From an uncultured candidate division Zixibacteria bacterium (GTDB lineage Bacteria > Zixibacteria > MSB-5A5 > GN15 > FEB-12), in contig CAVQCT010000005.1 of the NCBI GenBank assembly GCA_963711085.1, positions 107,859 through 171,858 on the forward strand: 64,000 bases of DNA, in the 5' to 3' direction. Positions 37,399 to 46,768 of this stretch are shown here, in pieces. Positions within the stretch are counted from its first letter, which is position 1. The number at the start of each line of letters is the position of its first letter. The notes under the pieces are model-generated. The model saw only the letters and a list, made by a program, of their open reading frames with translations. It did not search any database and was not told where the DNA came from. A program made the position numbers and the translations under genes.

Positions 37399-37786
37399 GA
37401 AAAACCTCCGAAAAATCTAAGGCTGCTCAATACATGAATTTGACAATATTATTGTCGGAGCCGGGGGGCCCAACTTTTCGGATGATTTTCAGAAATTTTC
37501 AAGGCCCTCGTCCTCGGCACATGACATGGATTCACGGGCCAGGCTTATACCTTTTTGTCATGCTGCACCTGATTACACATTGACCCATCGACGTGACATT
37601 TGTGCGGACGAGTGCACCCTCGTGCATCGCCGTTCTAGCCTGTTTTGATCGTCTGCTTGCACCGTGTAGGTCATTGGCTTATAACAGGATAAATGTCGTT
37701 TTCGAGTCCTGAAGCCGAATTGTGTGCAATCGGCACACTCGATGCAGTACTACCCAGCAGACAGCTATGAAAGTAGGAGAGTGAAT

Positions 37787-38407
37787 ATGCTGGAAGGAAG
37801 ATTTCAACGAGGCTTTTCGCCGGAACGACTGGAAACGTCGACCGACCCCAGAATCCGCAGAGATGACCGAGGTTTCTTCATCATGTCCCTGTCGGAGAAC
37901 TCCAAAGTCTATTTCGAAGACTTCTATAGATTTCTTGAACTGACCTACGCCAATGCCCTTGCTGAAAAAGAAGCCGCAAGACGGCGGCTGGCTGAAACCA
38001 AGCTCAGCTATGTCGAGACGGTGGCCTTCTATCGGGCAAAAATGGTTATTCTCGACTTGTTGCTCAAGAACGTCAGACGGTTTTACACCGATGGTGCTAA
38101 TCTGGGAATCATCATGACCCCCTGGTGTTTCGGCACGGTGATGCTTGAAAAAGTTGAGGTCTACAGAGATCGGCTGAGCAAGGGAGAAGTTCAGGACGAG
38201 AACGTCCCGGACTATCCGTTCTATGTTGTCAACTACATCGACGAGATCTACAAAGTCATCCTTCTAAGCCTGTTCGATTTTCCGGAAAAGGCATTTCAGA
38301 TGCGCTGGCAGTATTCGGAGCTTCTGAAGCGGTATTCCCAGATTCTGACCAATATCACCAGTTCGCTGAACTCGGTGCTTCATTCGATAAAAAATCTCAA
38401 TGCCTGA
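37787..38407 (+). CDS. Hypothetical helical protein (206 aa)
   Basis: ATG at 37787 follows AGGAGA, and a strong terminator follows the gene. No family recognised. The ORF track extends to 37724. Confidence 0.55.
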   Translation: MLEGRFQRGFSPERLETSTDPRIRRDDRGFFIMSLSENSKVYFEDFYRFLELTYANALAEKEAARRRLAETKLSYVETVAFYRAKMVILDLLLKNVRRFYTDGANLGIIMTPWCFGTVMLEKVEVYRDRLSKGEVQDENVPDYPFYVVNYIDEIYKVILLSLFDFPEKAFQMRWQYSELLKRYSQILTNITSSLNSVLHSIKNLNA

Positions 38408-38439
38408 CCAGGGCTTGACTTCTCCATCCCTCCTACAGG

Positions 38440-38465
38440 CCCCCTGAGTTTTCAGGGGGTTTTTT
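38440..38465 (+). terminator. Rho-independent terminator
   Basis: CCCCCTGA-GTTT-TCAGGGGG followed by TTTTTT. Confidence 0.8.
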
Positions 38466-38551
38466 CATAACGATTCCCCGCCAATTGCCGATATATCTCT
38501 CATAACTATTTATCTGCGTGAAGAGTAGACAACGGCAGGCAACGGCCTTAT

Positions 38552-39535
38552 ATGACTTCCAGCGCTATTAAAAACCGGACCGAAGAGAAGTTCATGGCAA
38601 TTCAACTGGATTCCATCCGGGTGGATTCCGTGCTCGATTTTGACCTCTTTCTCAACGTCAATCGGAATCTCGTCCTTTACCGGTCGGCGGACCTTCCGTT
38701 CACTGAGCGGACTCGCCAGAAACTGCTCGAAAATAAGGTCGACCGACTCTTCATCACTAATGAAAGCAAAGGGAAGTATCAGCGGTATATCGAGCAGAAC
38801 CTGCCCAAGATCCTGATTGATCCCCATATTCTGGAAGAGAAGAAAGCGTCGATCCTGTACAGTACCTCCACCGGACTGGTCAAGGAAGTGCTGTCGAATC
38901 CGACCTACGGCGAAAACATACAGCGTTCGAAAGATCTCGTCGCCAACACCGTCAACTATGTTCTCGGGGGGCGCGAAGCGTTCCTGAATCTGCTGAAGAT
39001 CACGTCGTTCGATTACTACACCTACACGCATTCAGTCAATGTCTGCACCTTCTCGATCGCCCTTGCCCAGCAGATGGGCTTCCACGACCAGGAATTTCTC
39101 TATGAGCTCGGGATAGGGGCGCTGCTGCATGATATCGGGAAATCGAAGATCTCCGATCGTATCCTTAACAAACGATCCTCGCTCAATTCTATCGAATTCG
39201 AGATCATGAAGAAGCATCCGAAATGGGGTGTCGATATCCTGACCGAGACCGATATCGTACCGGCTGCTACGTACTACCCGATCCTTCAGCATCACGAACG
39301 GGGAGACCGGAGCGGCTATCCGAACGCCCTTTCGCTTCGTGAGATGCACATCTATTCCAAGATCGTGGCGATTGCCGATTCGTTCGATGCGATGACCACC
39401 GAGCGGGTCTATCAGCGCGCCATGGACACTTTCCCGGCGTTGCGTATCATGTTTTCGCTCAAAGGTGCCTACGATGACGAGGCCCTCAAGTCTTTCGTTG
39501 AGCTGATGGGACCACGCGGTCTGGTCGGTATCTGA
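38552..39535 (+). CDS. HD-GYP domain protein (paralog of 20931..21911)
   Basis: HDIGKSK...HPKWG...LQHHERGDRSGYPNAL. The N-terminal DSVLDFDLFL..LVLYRSADLPFTERTRQKLLENKVDRLFI matches the other copy. Confidence 0.85.
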   Translation: MTSSAIKNRTEEKFMAIQLDSIRVDSVLDFDLFLNVNRNLVLYRSADLPFTERTRQKLLENKVDRLFITNESKGKYQRYIEQNLPKILIDPHILEEKKASILYSTSTGLVKEVLSNPTYGENIQRSKDLVANTVNYVLGGREAFLNLLKITSFDYYTYTHSVNVCTFSIALAQQMGFHDQEFLYELGIGALLHDIGKSKISDRILNKRSSLNSIEFEIMKKHPKWGVDILTETDIVPAATYYPILQHHERGDRSGYPNALSLREMHIYSKIVAIADSFDAMTTERVYQRAMDTFPALRIMFSLKGAYDDEALKSFVELMGPRGLVGI

Positions 39536-39673
39536 TTCCACCCCACACTTAGATCCAGTATGTCATAGCAAGAATCGCTTCCTGCTCGGTGCTCCGTGCG
39601 TCCTGATGTTTATAGCTGTTGCGGTGAACGGTCGTATGTATATATTGACCGAACAGAAAGTACTGGAGGTCAA

Positions 39674-40057
39674 ATGAAAGAGATTATCAAGACCGATAAG
39701 GCGCCGTCCGCGATCGGGCCGTATTCTCAGGCAATCAAGATCAGCGGAGGGAGCATGGTATTCATCTCGGGGATCATTCCGCTCAATCCGAAGACGATGG
39801 AAATAGTGGGGAAGACGGCCGGCGAGCAGTGCAAGCAGGTTATGGATAACATGGGGCACGTGCTCAAAGAAGCCGGGGGGGAATACTCGAACGTAGTGAA
39901 AACGACGATCTATCTGTCCGATCTGGCCGATTTCGGGCCGGTCAACGAGATGTACGGAACTTATTTCGATGTTAACCCGCCGGCCAGAGCGACAATCGAA
40001 GTGAGCCGTCTCCCGAAGGATGTGAAGATAGAGATCGAGGCGATCGCGATCATCTAG
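39674..40057 (+). CDS. ridA: RidA/YjgF-family reactive-intermediate deaminase
   Basis: GGAGG RBS. APSAIGPYSQAIK..G..VFISGIIPL...TTIYL.D..DF..VNE.Y..YF....PAR..IEV..LPK...IEIEAIA. Confidence 0.9.
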   Translation: MKEIIKTDKAPSAIGPYSQAIKISGGSMVFISGIIPLNPKTMEIVGKTAGEQCKQVMDNMGHVLKEAGGEYSNVVKTTIYLSDLADFGPVNEMYGTYFDVNPPARATIEVSRLPKDVKIEIEAIAII

Positions 40058-40094
40058 CCCGGCAAGTCATCGATCTCCGACGAAAGCTTTAAGG

Positions 40095-40123
40095 TTGACT
40101 CGGGCATAATGCGGTGTTACCAT
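40095..40123 (+). promoter_or_regulatory. Possible sigma70-like promoter of the Rieske/cytochrome b operon
   Basis: TTGACT (40095-40100), 17-nt spacer, TACCAT (40118-40123). Confidence 0.3.
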
Positions 40124-40161
40124 TACGGAGTTATTGTTCAATAATTCCGGTGGAGGTAACA

Positions 40162-40614
40162 ATGGCAGAGTCGAAGACTAGCCGCCGAGGGTTTCTGGAA
40201 ATTTTACTCGGTGGCGGGTTGCTTGCGACACTTGGCGCGATTCTGTATCCTATCTGGGACTATCTGGTCCCACCTGCCGCAAGCGAAGCAAAACTATCCC
40301 AACTAAAACTTCCCTACACCAGAGCGGATATCGAGGCGGAGCCCAAGAAGGCAAAGTATTTCAAGTACGGGCGTGACCTCGGTATCGTCTTCATCAACGA
40401 CAAAGATAAGCTGACCGCCCTGTCGGCGATCTGCACGCACCTTCAGTGTACAGTGCAGAACCGCCCCGATCTCGGCCTCATCTGGTGCGCCTGTCATAAC
40501 GGAAGATACAGCTATACGGGAAGCAATATCTCCGGTCCCCCTCCCAAGCCGCTCGCTCAATACGAAGTCAAAGAGATTGACGGCGCCATCTATGTAAGTC
40601 AGGAGGCCGGATGA
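40162..40614 (+). CDS. Rieske 2Fe-2S subunit with a Tat-type signal
   Basis: GGAGG RBS. SRRGFLE twin-arginine motif, plus CTHLQC...CACHNGRY Rieske cluster ligands. Confidence 0.85.
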   Translation: MAESKTSRRGFLEILLGGGLLATLGAILYPIWDYLVPPAASEAKLSQLKLPYTRADIEAEPKKAKYFKYGRDLGIVFINDKDKLTALSAICTHLQCTVQNRPDLGLIWCACHNGRYSYTGSNISGPPPKPLAQYEVKEIDGAIYVSQEAG

Positions 40615-41736
40615 TGGCTCAGATTCGTGCTGAAAACAAGCTCTCGCGCTCGAAGGCGTATCGATGGGTCAACGACCGCTTCAAGATTGATTCCCTCGTT
40701 GACTACATGAGCCACAAAGTCGTCCCCCTCCACGGACACTCGATCTTCTACTATTTCGGCGGCATTTCCCTGTTTCTGTTCATCGTGCAGGTGGTAACCG
40801 GCATCCTGCTGCTTGATGTACTATCGGCCGGGCGCCGAATCGGCCTATGAATCGGTGCGGTTCATTATCTCGAACGTCTCGTTCGGCTGGCTGATCCGAT
40901 CGATCCATTCCTGGTCGGCTAATTTGATGATCCTGTCGGTGTTCGTCCACATGTTCACCGTCTATCTCACGCAGGCCTATCGCACCCCTCGCGAGCTGAC
41001 CTGGCTCTCCGGGATCGGTTTGCTCGGACTGGCCATGCTTTTTGGTTTCTCCGGATACCTGCTGCCGTGGAATGAGCTTTCGTTCTTTGCCACCAGAGTC
41101 GGGACCGGAATGGCCGGCACACTGCCGGTGATCGGGCACAAGATCATGGTCGTAATGCGCGGGGGAGATGATGTTACCGGAGCGACTATCGGAAGGTTCT
41201 TCGGTCTGCATGTCGCAATTCTTCCCGGCCTGTTCACCGTCCTGTTGACCGGCCACCTGATTTTCATCCAGCGTCAGGGGATGAGCGAGCCGATCGACTG
41301 GAAAGATAAGCCGGAGTCCCAGAAGAAGTATATGCGGTTCTTCCCGAGCTTCCTGCTCCGGGATTTACTGGTCTGGTTGATCGTGCTGAACGTCCTCGCG
41401 GTTCTGGCGGTGCTGTTCCCCGAAGGAATCGGCGTGGTGCACTGGCCGCTCGGGGCGAAAGCAGATTTATTCGCGCCTCCGCCGGCGGTCATCCGACCGG
41501 AATGGTATTTCATGTTCGCCTTCCAATCACTCAAGCTGCTTCCCGCCCATCTTCTCTTCATGGAAGGTGAATTGGTCGGCATGATCGTGTTCGGCATAGG
41601 CGGCCTCGTGTGGACGCTGGTACCGTTCCTTGACAAGCAATCGGCTCGTGGCGAGCGCTCCGGATTCTTCAAGGCGTTCGGATGGTTCGTGCTTGCCTTC
41701 ATCGTGGCAATGACCTTTATCGGTTACCTGGTATAG
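40611..41736 (+). CDS. Cytochrome b (fused b6 + subunit IV type), interrupted by a +1 frameshift at about 40812-40816
   Basis: ORF 40611..40850 reads ..FGGISLFLFIVQVVTGILLL and then nonsense. ORF 40813..41736 continues MYYRPGAESAYESVRFI..GWLIRSIHSWSANLMILSVFVHMF (heme His pairs) and PEWYFMFAFQSLK. Deleting one nt from CTGCTTGATG joins them. Confidence 0.8.
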
Positions 41737-41745
41737 GAGGTGGTG

Positions 41746-42993
41746 ATGCGTACACTTGCTTACATTTTCCTGAGTTTCCTGATCGCCGGACTCGCCAAGG
41801 CTGCTCCCTCCGACCAGAACAACTGCATGAAGTGCCATCTTGATTTCGAGGACGACAACGGGCCTTCGCATAAGATCGCGCGAGATGTTCATATTCAGCA
41901 CGGGCTCGCCTGTTACGATTGCCACGGAGGGGATCCGACTCTCGATGACATGGACGACGTGCGCAAGTCGAAAGACTGGCGGGGCGCTCCGACGCATCTT
42001 GAAGTCCCGGCCTTCTGCGCTCGCTGCCACTCGGATGCCAAATATATGCACGAGCATAATCCGACCCTGCCGACCGATCAGCTCGACAAATATAAGACGT
42101 CGGTGCACGGCAAGCTCCTGTTCGGCCAGAAAGACATGAAAGTGGCGAACTGCATCTCGTGTCACACCGTCCATCAGATCGGTGACGCCAAGACGCCTAA
42201 CTCTAGCACCTATCCGCAGAACATTCCCGCTACCTGCGGCCACTGCCACTCCGACTCGGCTTACATGGCGCCTTACAAAATCCCCACAAATCAGGAAGCG
42301 GGTTTCCGCGAGTCGGTTCACGGAACGGCTCTGCTCCAGAACAACGACCTTGGCGCTCCGGCCTGCAACGACTGTCACGGCAACCATGGCGCCGCCCCGC
42401 CGGGAGTATCGTCGCTGGCTGCCGTCTGCGGAAACTGCCATGCGATCGAGGCTGATCTGTTCAATGCATCGCCGCACCAGGCGGCATTCGAAGCCAATGA
42501 TTTTCCGATGTGTCAGACCTGCCATTCGAATCACAAGATTCTCAAGCCGAACGACGCCATGGTCGGCACGGGCGAGAACTCGGTCTGCTCAAACTGCCAC
42601 TCGGCTGACGATGGTACCAGCGGCTGGAAGAACGCACAGGGAATCTCCGATGCACTCTCCGGTCTGGTGGCTGCCCAAGACTCGGCCGGTCGGGTGCTGA
42701 AGGAGGCGACCACCAAGGGGATGATGACGACGGACGAGGAGTTCCTCTTCAAGAATGTGAATCAGGCGCTCATCCAGGCAAGGACTCTCGTTCACACCTA
42801 CAGTGCCGACTCAGTTCTCCCCAAAACCGAGCAGGGAGTCAGAGAAGCTGATTCGGTCCGAGTTGCTTCCGCTGCCCTTATTAATGAGTACTATTTCAGA
42901 CGTAAAGGGCTCGTTCTGGCGACTCTGTTCATCACCATCCTGGCCATTGCCCTGTATGTCAAGATTAAGCGGGTTGACCGGGGTTTGAAGTAG
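41746..42993 (+). CDS. Nonaheme c-type cytochrome with a C-terminal membrane anchor
   Basis: AGGAGG RBS and a signal peptide. Nine CxxCH motifs (CMKCH, CYDCH, CARCH, CISCH, CGHCH, CNDCH, CGNCH, CQTCH, CSNCH). C-terminal TM helix LVLATLFITILAIALYV. Confidence 0.85.
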   Translation: MRTLAYIFLSFLIAGLAKAAPSDQNNCMKCHLDFEDDNGPSHKIARDVHIQHGLACYDCHGGDPTLDDMDDVRKSKDWRGAPTHLEVPAFCARCHSDAKYMHEHNPTLPTDQLDKYKTSVHGKLLFGQKDMKVANCISCHTVHQIGDAKTPNSSTYPQNIPATCGHCHSDSAYMAPYKIPTNQEAGFRESVHGTALLQNNDLGAPACNDCHGNHGAAPPGVSSLAAVCGNCHAIEADLFNASPHQAAFEANDFPMCQTCHSNHKILKPNDAMVGTGENSVCSNCHSADDGTSGWKNAQGISDALSGLVAAQDSAGRVLKEATTKGMMTTDEEFLFKNVNQALIQARTLVHTYSADSVLPKTEQGVREADSVRVASAALINEYYFRRKGLVLATLFITILAIALYVKIKRVDRGLK

Positions 42994-43262
42994 GGAGAAT
43001 TGATACAATACACGTTTTGTCCCGTATAACTATTTGAAGGCAAGAAGGATAATACTTTACAACGAAGTAGAGTAACAATTGATGGTTCAAGACAGAGTGA
43101 TCAATCGATGTTGTTTTGGTTGTGTATGTTGTGATTTAAGGACTTCTGTGGAGAAATAAACAAAAAATCGCTTGACAAATGTTGATTTTGGAATTTCTTG
43201 GGCGATAACATATTGTGAATTCAGTCACATATTCGGCTATTTCACAGATTGAGAATGAGGAA

Positions 43263-43616
43263 ATGGTTCAGTATCTCTCGATTTTGATATTTTTGGCGGC
43301 CGGAACGGGGATTGTTCTGGTAACCTTTTTCATATCCCGTCTATTCAGACCCTCGCATCCATATCCCGAAAAGACAGTGAATTACGAGTGCGCAGAGAAG
43401 CCGATAGGCAATTCCTGGGTTCGGTTTAACAACCGTTTTTACATTTTTGCGCTGATATTCGTGGTTTTCGATGTCGAAGTGATCTTCCTCTTTCCGTGGG
43501 CGGTTGCTTTCGGGCAGTTGGGCCTGTTTGCCCTGGTTGAAATGGTAGTGTTCATTTTGATCCTGTTCTTTGGCCTTTTCTATGCCTGGAAAAGAGGGGT
43601 GCTGAAATGGGTCTGA
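43263..43616 (+). CDS. nuoA: NADH-quinone oxidoreductase subunit A
   Basis: GAGGAA RBS, three TM helices and a [11 protein letters not shown]...FY..A..F..FDVE..FLFPWA motif. The ORF track extends to 43215. Confidence 0.85.
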   Translation: MVQYLSILIFLAAGTGIVLVTFFISRLFRPSHPYPEKTVNYECAEKPIGNSWVRFNNRFYIFALIFVVFDVEVIFLFPWAVAFGQLGLFALVEMVVFILILFFGLFYAWKRGVLKWV

Positions 43617-44119
43617 TCAAAAAGCTTCCTTATTATGCAGAGAAAATACCGGGCGGTTCATTGGTGGTGACTTCGCTTGAGGGGGTGCTGCACCACGCGC
43701 AGGCAAAATCGCTTTGGTATTTGTTATTTGGCACCGCTTGCTGTGCGATCGAGCTGATGTGCACCGGCGCATCGCGTTACGACTTTGACCGCCTCGGTAT
43801 GATCTTTCGGGCCTCCCCCCGGCAGTCCGACCTCATTATAGTAGCCGGCACGATCACCAAGAAAATGGCCCCGAGACTTCGCACCCTCTACGACCAGATG
43901 GCGGAGCCCCGTTATGTAATCGCGATGGGTGGATGCACGGTGGGCGGCGGACCGTTCTACTACGATTCTTACGCCGTGGAAAAAGGGATCGACCATATTA
44001 TCCCGGTCGATGTCTACATACCCGGCTGTCCTCCTCGTCCTGAGTCATTGCTCGAAGGATGCCTGACACTGCAGAAAAAGATCAAGAAGCAGCATTTGAG
44101 CGACTGGCAGGAAAAGTAG
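43607..44119 (+). CDS. nuoB: NADH-quinone oxidoreductase subunit B
   Basis: FGTACCAIE...[10 protein letters not shown]...PGCPPRPE (N2 cluster ligands). Confidence 0.9.
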   Translation: MGLIKKLPYYAEKIPGGSLVVTSLEGVLHHAQAKSLWYLLFGTACCAIELMCTGASRYDFDRLGMIFRASPRQSDLIIVAGTITKKMAPRLRTLYDQMAEPRYVIAMGGCTVGGGPFYYDSYAVEKGIDHIIPVDVYIPGCPPRPESLLEGCLTLQKKIKKQHLSDWQEK

Positions 44120-44120
44120 C

Positions 44121-44597
44121 ATGACCAAAGACGAGCTTAAGGCATACCTCGACAGCAACTTCTCGGGCAAGCTCACCGCATTGGAGACCGGCCGCTACGA
44201 TCTGCTTTATGAGGCGAAAAAGGGAGATCTGCTCGAACTCTGCCGCGCCCTTCGTGACGATGACAAACTCAAGTTTGACTATCTTTGTAATATTGGTGCT
44301 GTTGACACCCGTGAGAAGTTCGAAATGGTTTATTCGATCGCTTCGACCGTAAACCGCCTCAGACTTGATTTCAAGGTTGTGTTCAATTACGATGACGCCG
44401 ATATAGAATCGGTTCAGACGATCTGGCCGGCAGCCAACTGGTACGAGCGCGAAGCCTGGGAGCTGTACGGCATCAATATAAAGAATCATGACAACCTGAA
44501 ACGTTTTCTGCTTCCCGATGACTGGAATCAGGGACATCCGATGCGTAAGGATTGGGATGCACCCGACTTCGTCAGGTTCCCGGAGTTTGAAGTATGA
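44121..44597 (+). CDS. nuoC: NADH-quinone oxidoreductase subunit C
   Basis: ANWYEREAWELYGI 30-kDa subunit signature. Confidence 0.9.
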   Translation: MTKDELKAYLDSNFSGKLTALETGRYDLLYEAKKGDLLELCRALRDDDKLKFDYLCNIGAVDTREKFEMVYSIASTVNRLRLDFKVVFNYDDADIESVQTIWPAANWYEREAWELYGINIKNHDNLKRFLLPDDWNQGHPMRKDWDAPDFVRFPEFEV

Positions 44598-45703
44598 CCG
44601 AACCCGGATTGAGAACCGAAGAATTCCAGGTCAATATGGGACCGCACCATCCGTCGACGCACGGCGTCTGCCGGTTGCTGTTGACGATGGATGGTGAAAA
44701 GGTCATGAAGGTAGAACCGTACATCGGCTATCTTCATCGATCAATCGAAAAGATCTGCGAGAACCGGACCTATCATCAGTGTATTCCCATTCTCGACCGG
44801 TTCGAATATGTGACGGCGATGTCCTGCAACTATGTCTTCGCCCTCGCGGCGGAGAGGTTGGCCCAGGTCGAGGTTCCCGAACGGGCAGAGTATCTCCGCG
44901 TAATCATGCTTGAGCTGAACCGAATTGCCTCGCACCTGATTTTCTTCGGGACAACGGCGATGGATATCGGTGCTCTCACGCCTTTCCTGTACGCTCTCCG
45001 TGAACGTGAAATGATTATGGATCTGTTCGAGATGACCTGCGGACAGCGCCTGACCTACAACTATATCCGCATAGGCGGAGTCTCGAAAGACATTCTTCCG
45101 GAGTTCGTGCCGAAATGCCGCGAAGCGATCAATGTTATCAAGAACAAGGTGGATGAGTACGAAGCTCTGCTGAACGGCAATCCGATCTGGAAGGCCCGTA
45201 CGATTGGAATTGGCCCGCTTACACCGGAGAAGGCGGTAGCTTTTGGAGCCTCCGGCCCGATTCTCCGGGCCTCGGGCGTGAAATACGACCTTCGTCGCGA
45301 TGATCCCTACTGCATTTACGATAAATTCGAATTTGATATCCCCACCCGTACCAACGGCGATGTGTTCGACCGGTATGTGCTCAGACTCGAAGAGATCCGG
45401 CAGTCGATCAGGATTATTGACCAGGCCCTTGACGGCATCCCCGAGGGGGATTTCAAGGCCAAGGTGTCATTGAAGTTCAAGCCGCCGGTGGGCGAAGCTT
45501 ATGCGAGAATCGAAAACTCGCGCGGTGAAATGGGTGTGTATCTGATTTCCGACGGGACCGAGAAACCGGTACGGGTGAAGACCCGCGGCGGTTCTTACAA
45601 CCATCTCCAGTTGATTCCGGAAATAGCGACAGGATGTCTGATCGCAGACCTGGTGGCGATCTTCGCCTCTTTTGATATCATCATGCCGGAGGTCGATCGA
45701 TGA
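44594..45703 (+). CDS. nuoD: NADH-quinone oxidoreductase subunit D
   Basis: NMGPHHPSTHGV...GYLHRSIEK, ending ..DIIMPEVDR. Confidence 0.95.
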   Translation: MTEPGLRTEEFQVNMGPHHPSTHGVCRLLLTMDGEKVMKVEPYIGYLHRSIEKICENRTYHQCIPILDRFEYVTAMSCNYVFALAAERLAQVEVPERAEYLRVIMLELNRIASHLIFFGTTAMDIGALTPFLYALREREMIMDLFEMTCGQRLTYNYIRIGGVSKDILPEFVPKCREAINVIKNKVDEYEALLNGNPIWKARTIGIGPLTPEKAVAFGASGPILRASGVKYDLRRDDPYCIYDKFEFDIPTRTNGDVFDRYVLRLEEIRQSIRIIDQALDGIPEGDFKAKVSLKFKPPVGEAYARIENSRGEMGVYLISDGTEKPVRVKTRGGSYNHLQLIPEIATGCLIADLVAIFASFDIIMPEVDR

Positions 45704-46768
45704 GCCTCATCCTGATGCAGCCGACGGAACTGTCACCGACCTTCCTTTGGATACAGCACCTGGTCGAAATGATTGGTATCGGCGGGATGTGGTCGATTGT
45801 CATCACCTATGCGATTCTATCGGTCGTGATGTTCGGGGTGCTCGCGTTGTTGGCCCTGTTCCTGGTCTGGTGGGAAAGAAAATTCGCCGGACACATTCAG
45901 CAGCGGTTCGGCCCGATGATGACCGGCTGGCACGGCTGGTATCAGACTATCATGGATGCCGTGAAGCTGCTTCAGAAAGAAGACATTCTCGTCGTAACGC
46001 GGGACCGGATGGTGTTCTTCTGGGCGCCGATCCTTGCGTTTCGTAGCGGCCTTTGCCGCTTACATCGTGATTCCGTTCGGCAAAGGGATCATCGTTGCCG
46101 ATTTGAATATCGGTATCCTGTATATCATAGCGATCACGACTTTCACGATTATATCGTTGCTCATGGCGGGCTGGGGTTCCAACAATAAATATGCCCTCCT
46201 GGGCGGGATGCGTTCGGCGGCCCAGGTGGTCAGCTACGAAGTCCCGATGGTGGCGTCGATCCTGACTGTCGTCCTGTTTGCCGGGTCGCTCTCGATGGTC
46301 GATATCGTCACCTCGCAGTCCGGCTGGATCTTCAACTGGAATATCTTCCGCCTGCCGTTCGGGCCGATCGCCTTCATCACGTACATTATCGCCGCCACCG
46401 CCGAAGCGAACCGCACGCCGTTTGACATACCGGAAGCGGAGCAGGAGTTGGTGGCAGGATTCAATATCGAATACTCCGGCATGAAGTTCGCAATGTTCTT
46501 CCTGGCCGAATTTGTCAATATGTTCACCGTGTCGGCAATCGCCACCACCCTCTTCCTCGGCGGATGGAGCGGTCTTCTGCTTCCGTCCTGGATCTGGTTC
46601 CTCGTCAAGACGCTGGCAGTGGTGGCACTCCTGATGATGTTCCGCTGGACGTTCCCGAGACTTCGGGTCGACCAGTTGATGGAATTCTCCTGGAAGTATC
46701 TCGTGCCGATCACCTTCGCGAACCTTATTCTGGCCGGCTGGATGAAATATGCAGGATGGTACTGGTAA
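45700..46768 (+). CDS. nuoH: NADH-quinone oxidoreductase subunit H, interrupted by a +1 frameshift at about 46033-46043
   Basis: ORF 45700..46188 reads ..WWERKFAGHIQQRFGP...FFWAPILAF and then nonsense. ORF 46034..46768 continues VAAFAAYIVIPFG...GWGSNNKYALLGGMRSAAQVVSYEV...NRTPFDIPEAEQELVAGFNIEYSG. One extra nt lies in GCGTTTCGTAGC. Confidence 0.85.

Noticed and set aside
41527-42534. 335-aa minus-strand ORF across the cytochrome b / nonaheme cytochrome junction.
   Set aside because: It is antisense to two genes with diagnostic heme motifs, and its Arg/Val-rich sequence has no motifs. The many other 60-170-aa overlapping track ORFs in the window were rejected for the same reason.
43172-43211. 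Promoter of the nuo operon (TTGACA at 43172, or TTGATT-18 nt-TAACAT at 43182-43211).
   Set aside because: The TTGACA has no acceptable -10 at 16-18 nt, and the alternative pair is weak. I did not list it as a feature, although the 270-nt AT-rich gap probably does contain the promoter.
43731-43745. Sigma54-type promoter-like TGGCACCGCTTGCT.
   Set aside because: The GG-to-GC spacing is two bases short of the -24/-12 consensus, and the sequence lies inside the nuoB coding region.
8103-46036. Programmed +1 ribosomal frameshifting at a shared CTT-G (CUU to UUG, Leu to Leu) site, since three downstream ORFs start at TTG preceded by C.
   Set aside because: It is not shared by nuoL or by the five lectin-gene breaks. 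There is no upstream SD-like stimulator or in-frame stop as in prfB. The TTG is partly an artefact of the ORF caller picking the first alternative start. I kept it only as a minor possibility inside the global frameshift finding.
46564-46767. Long N-terminal extension of the nuoI ORF (track start 46564).
   Set aside because: It lies entirely inside nuoH in another frame with nonsense composition. The ATG at 46768 overlaps the nuoH stop (TAATG) and begins the conserved NuoI N-terminus.
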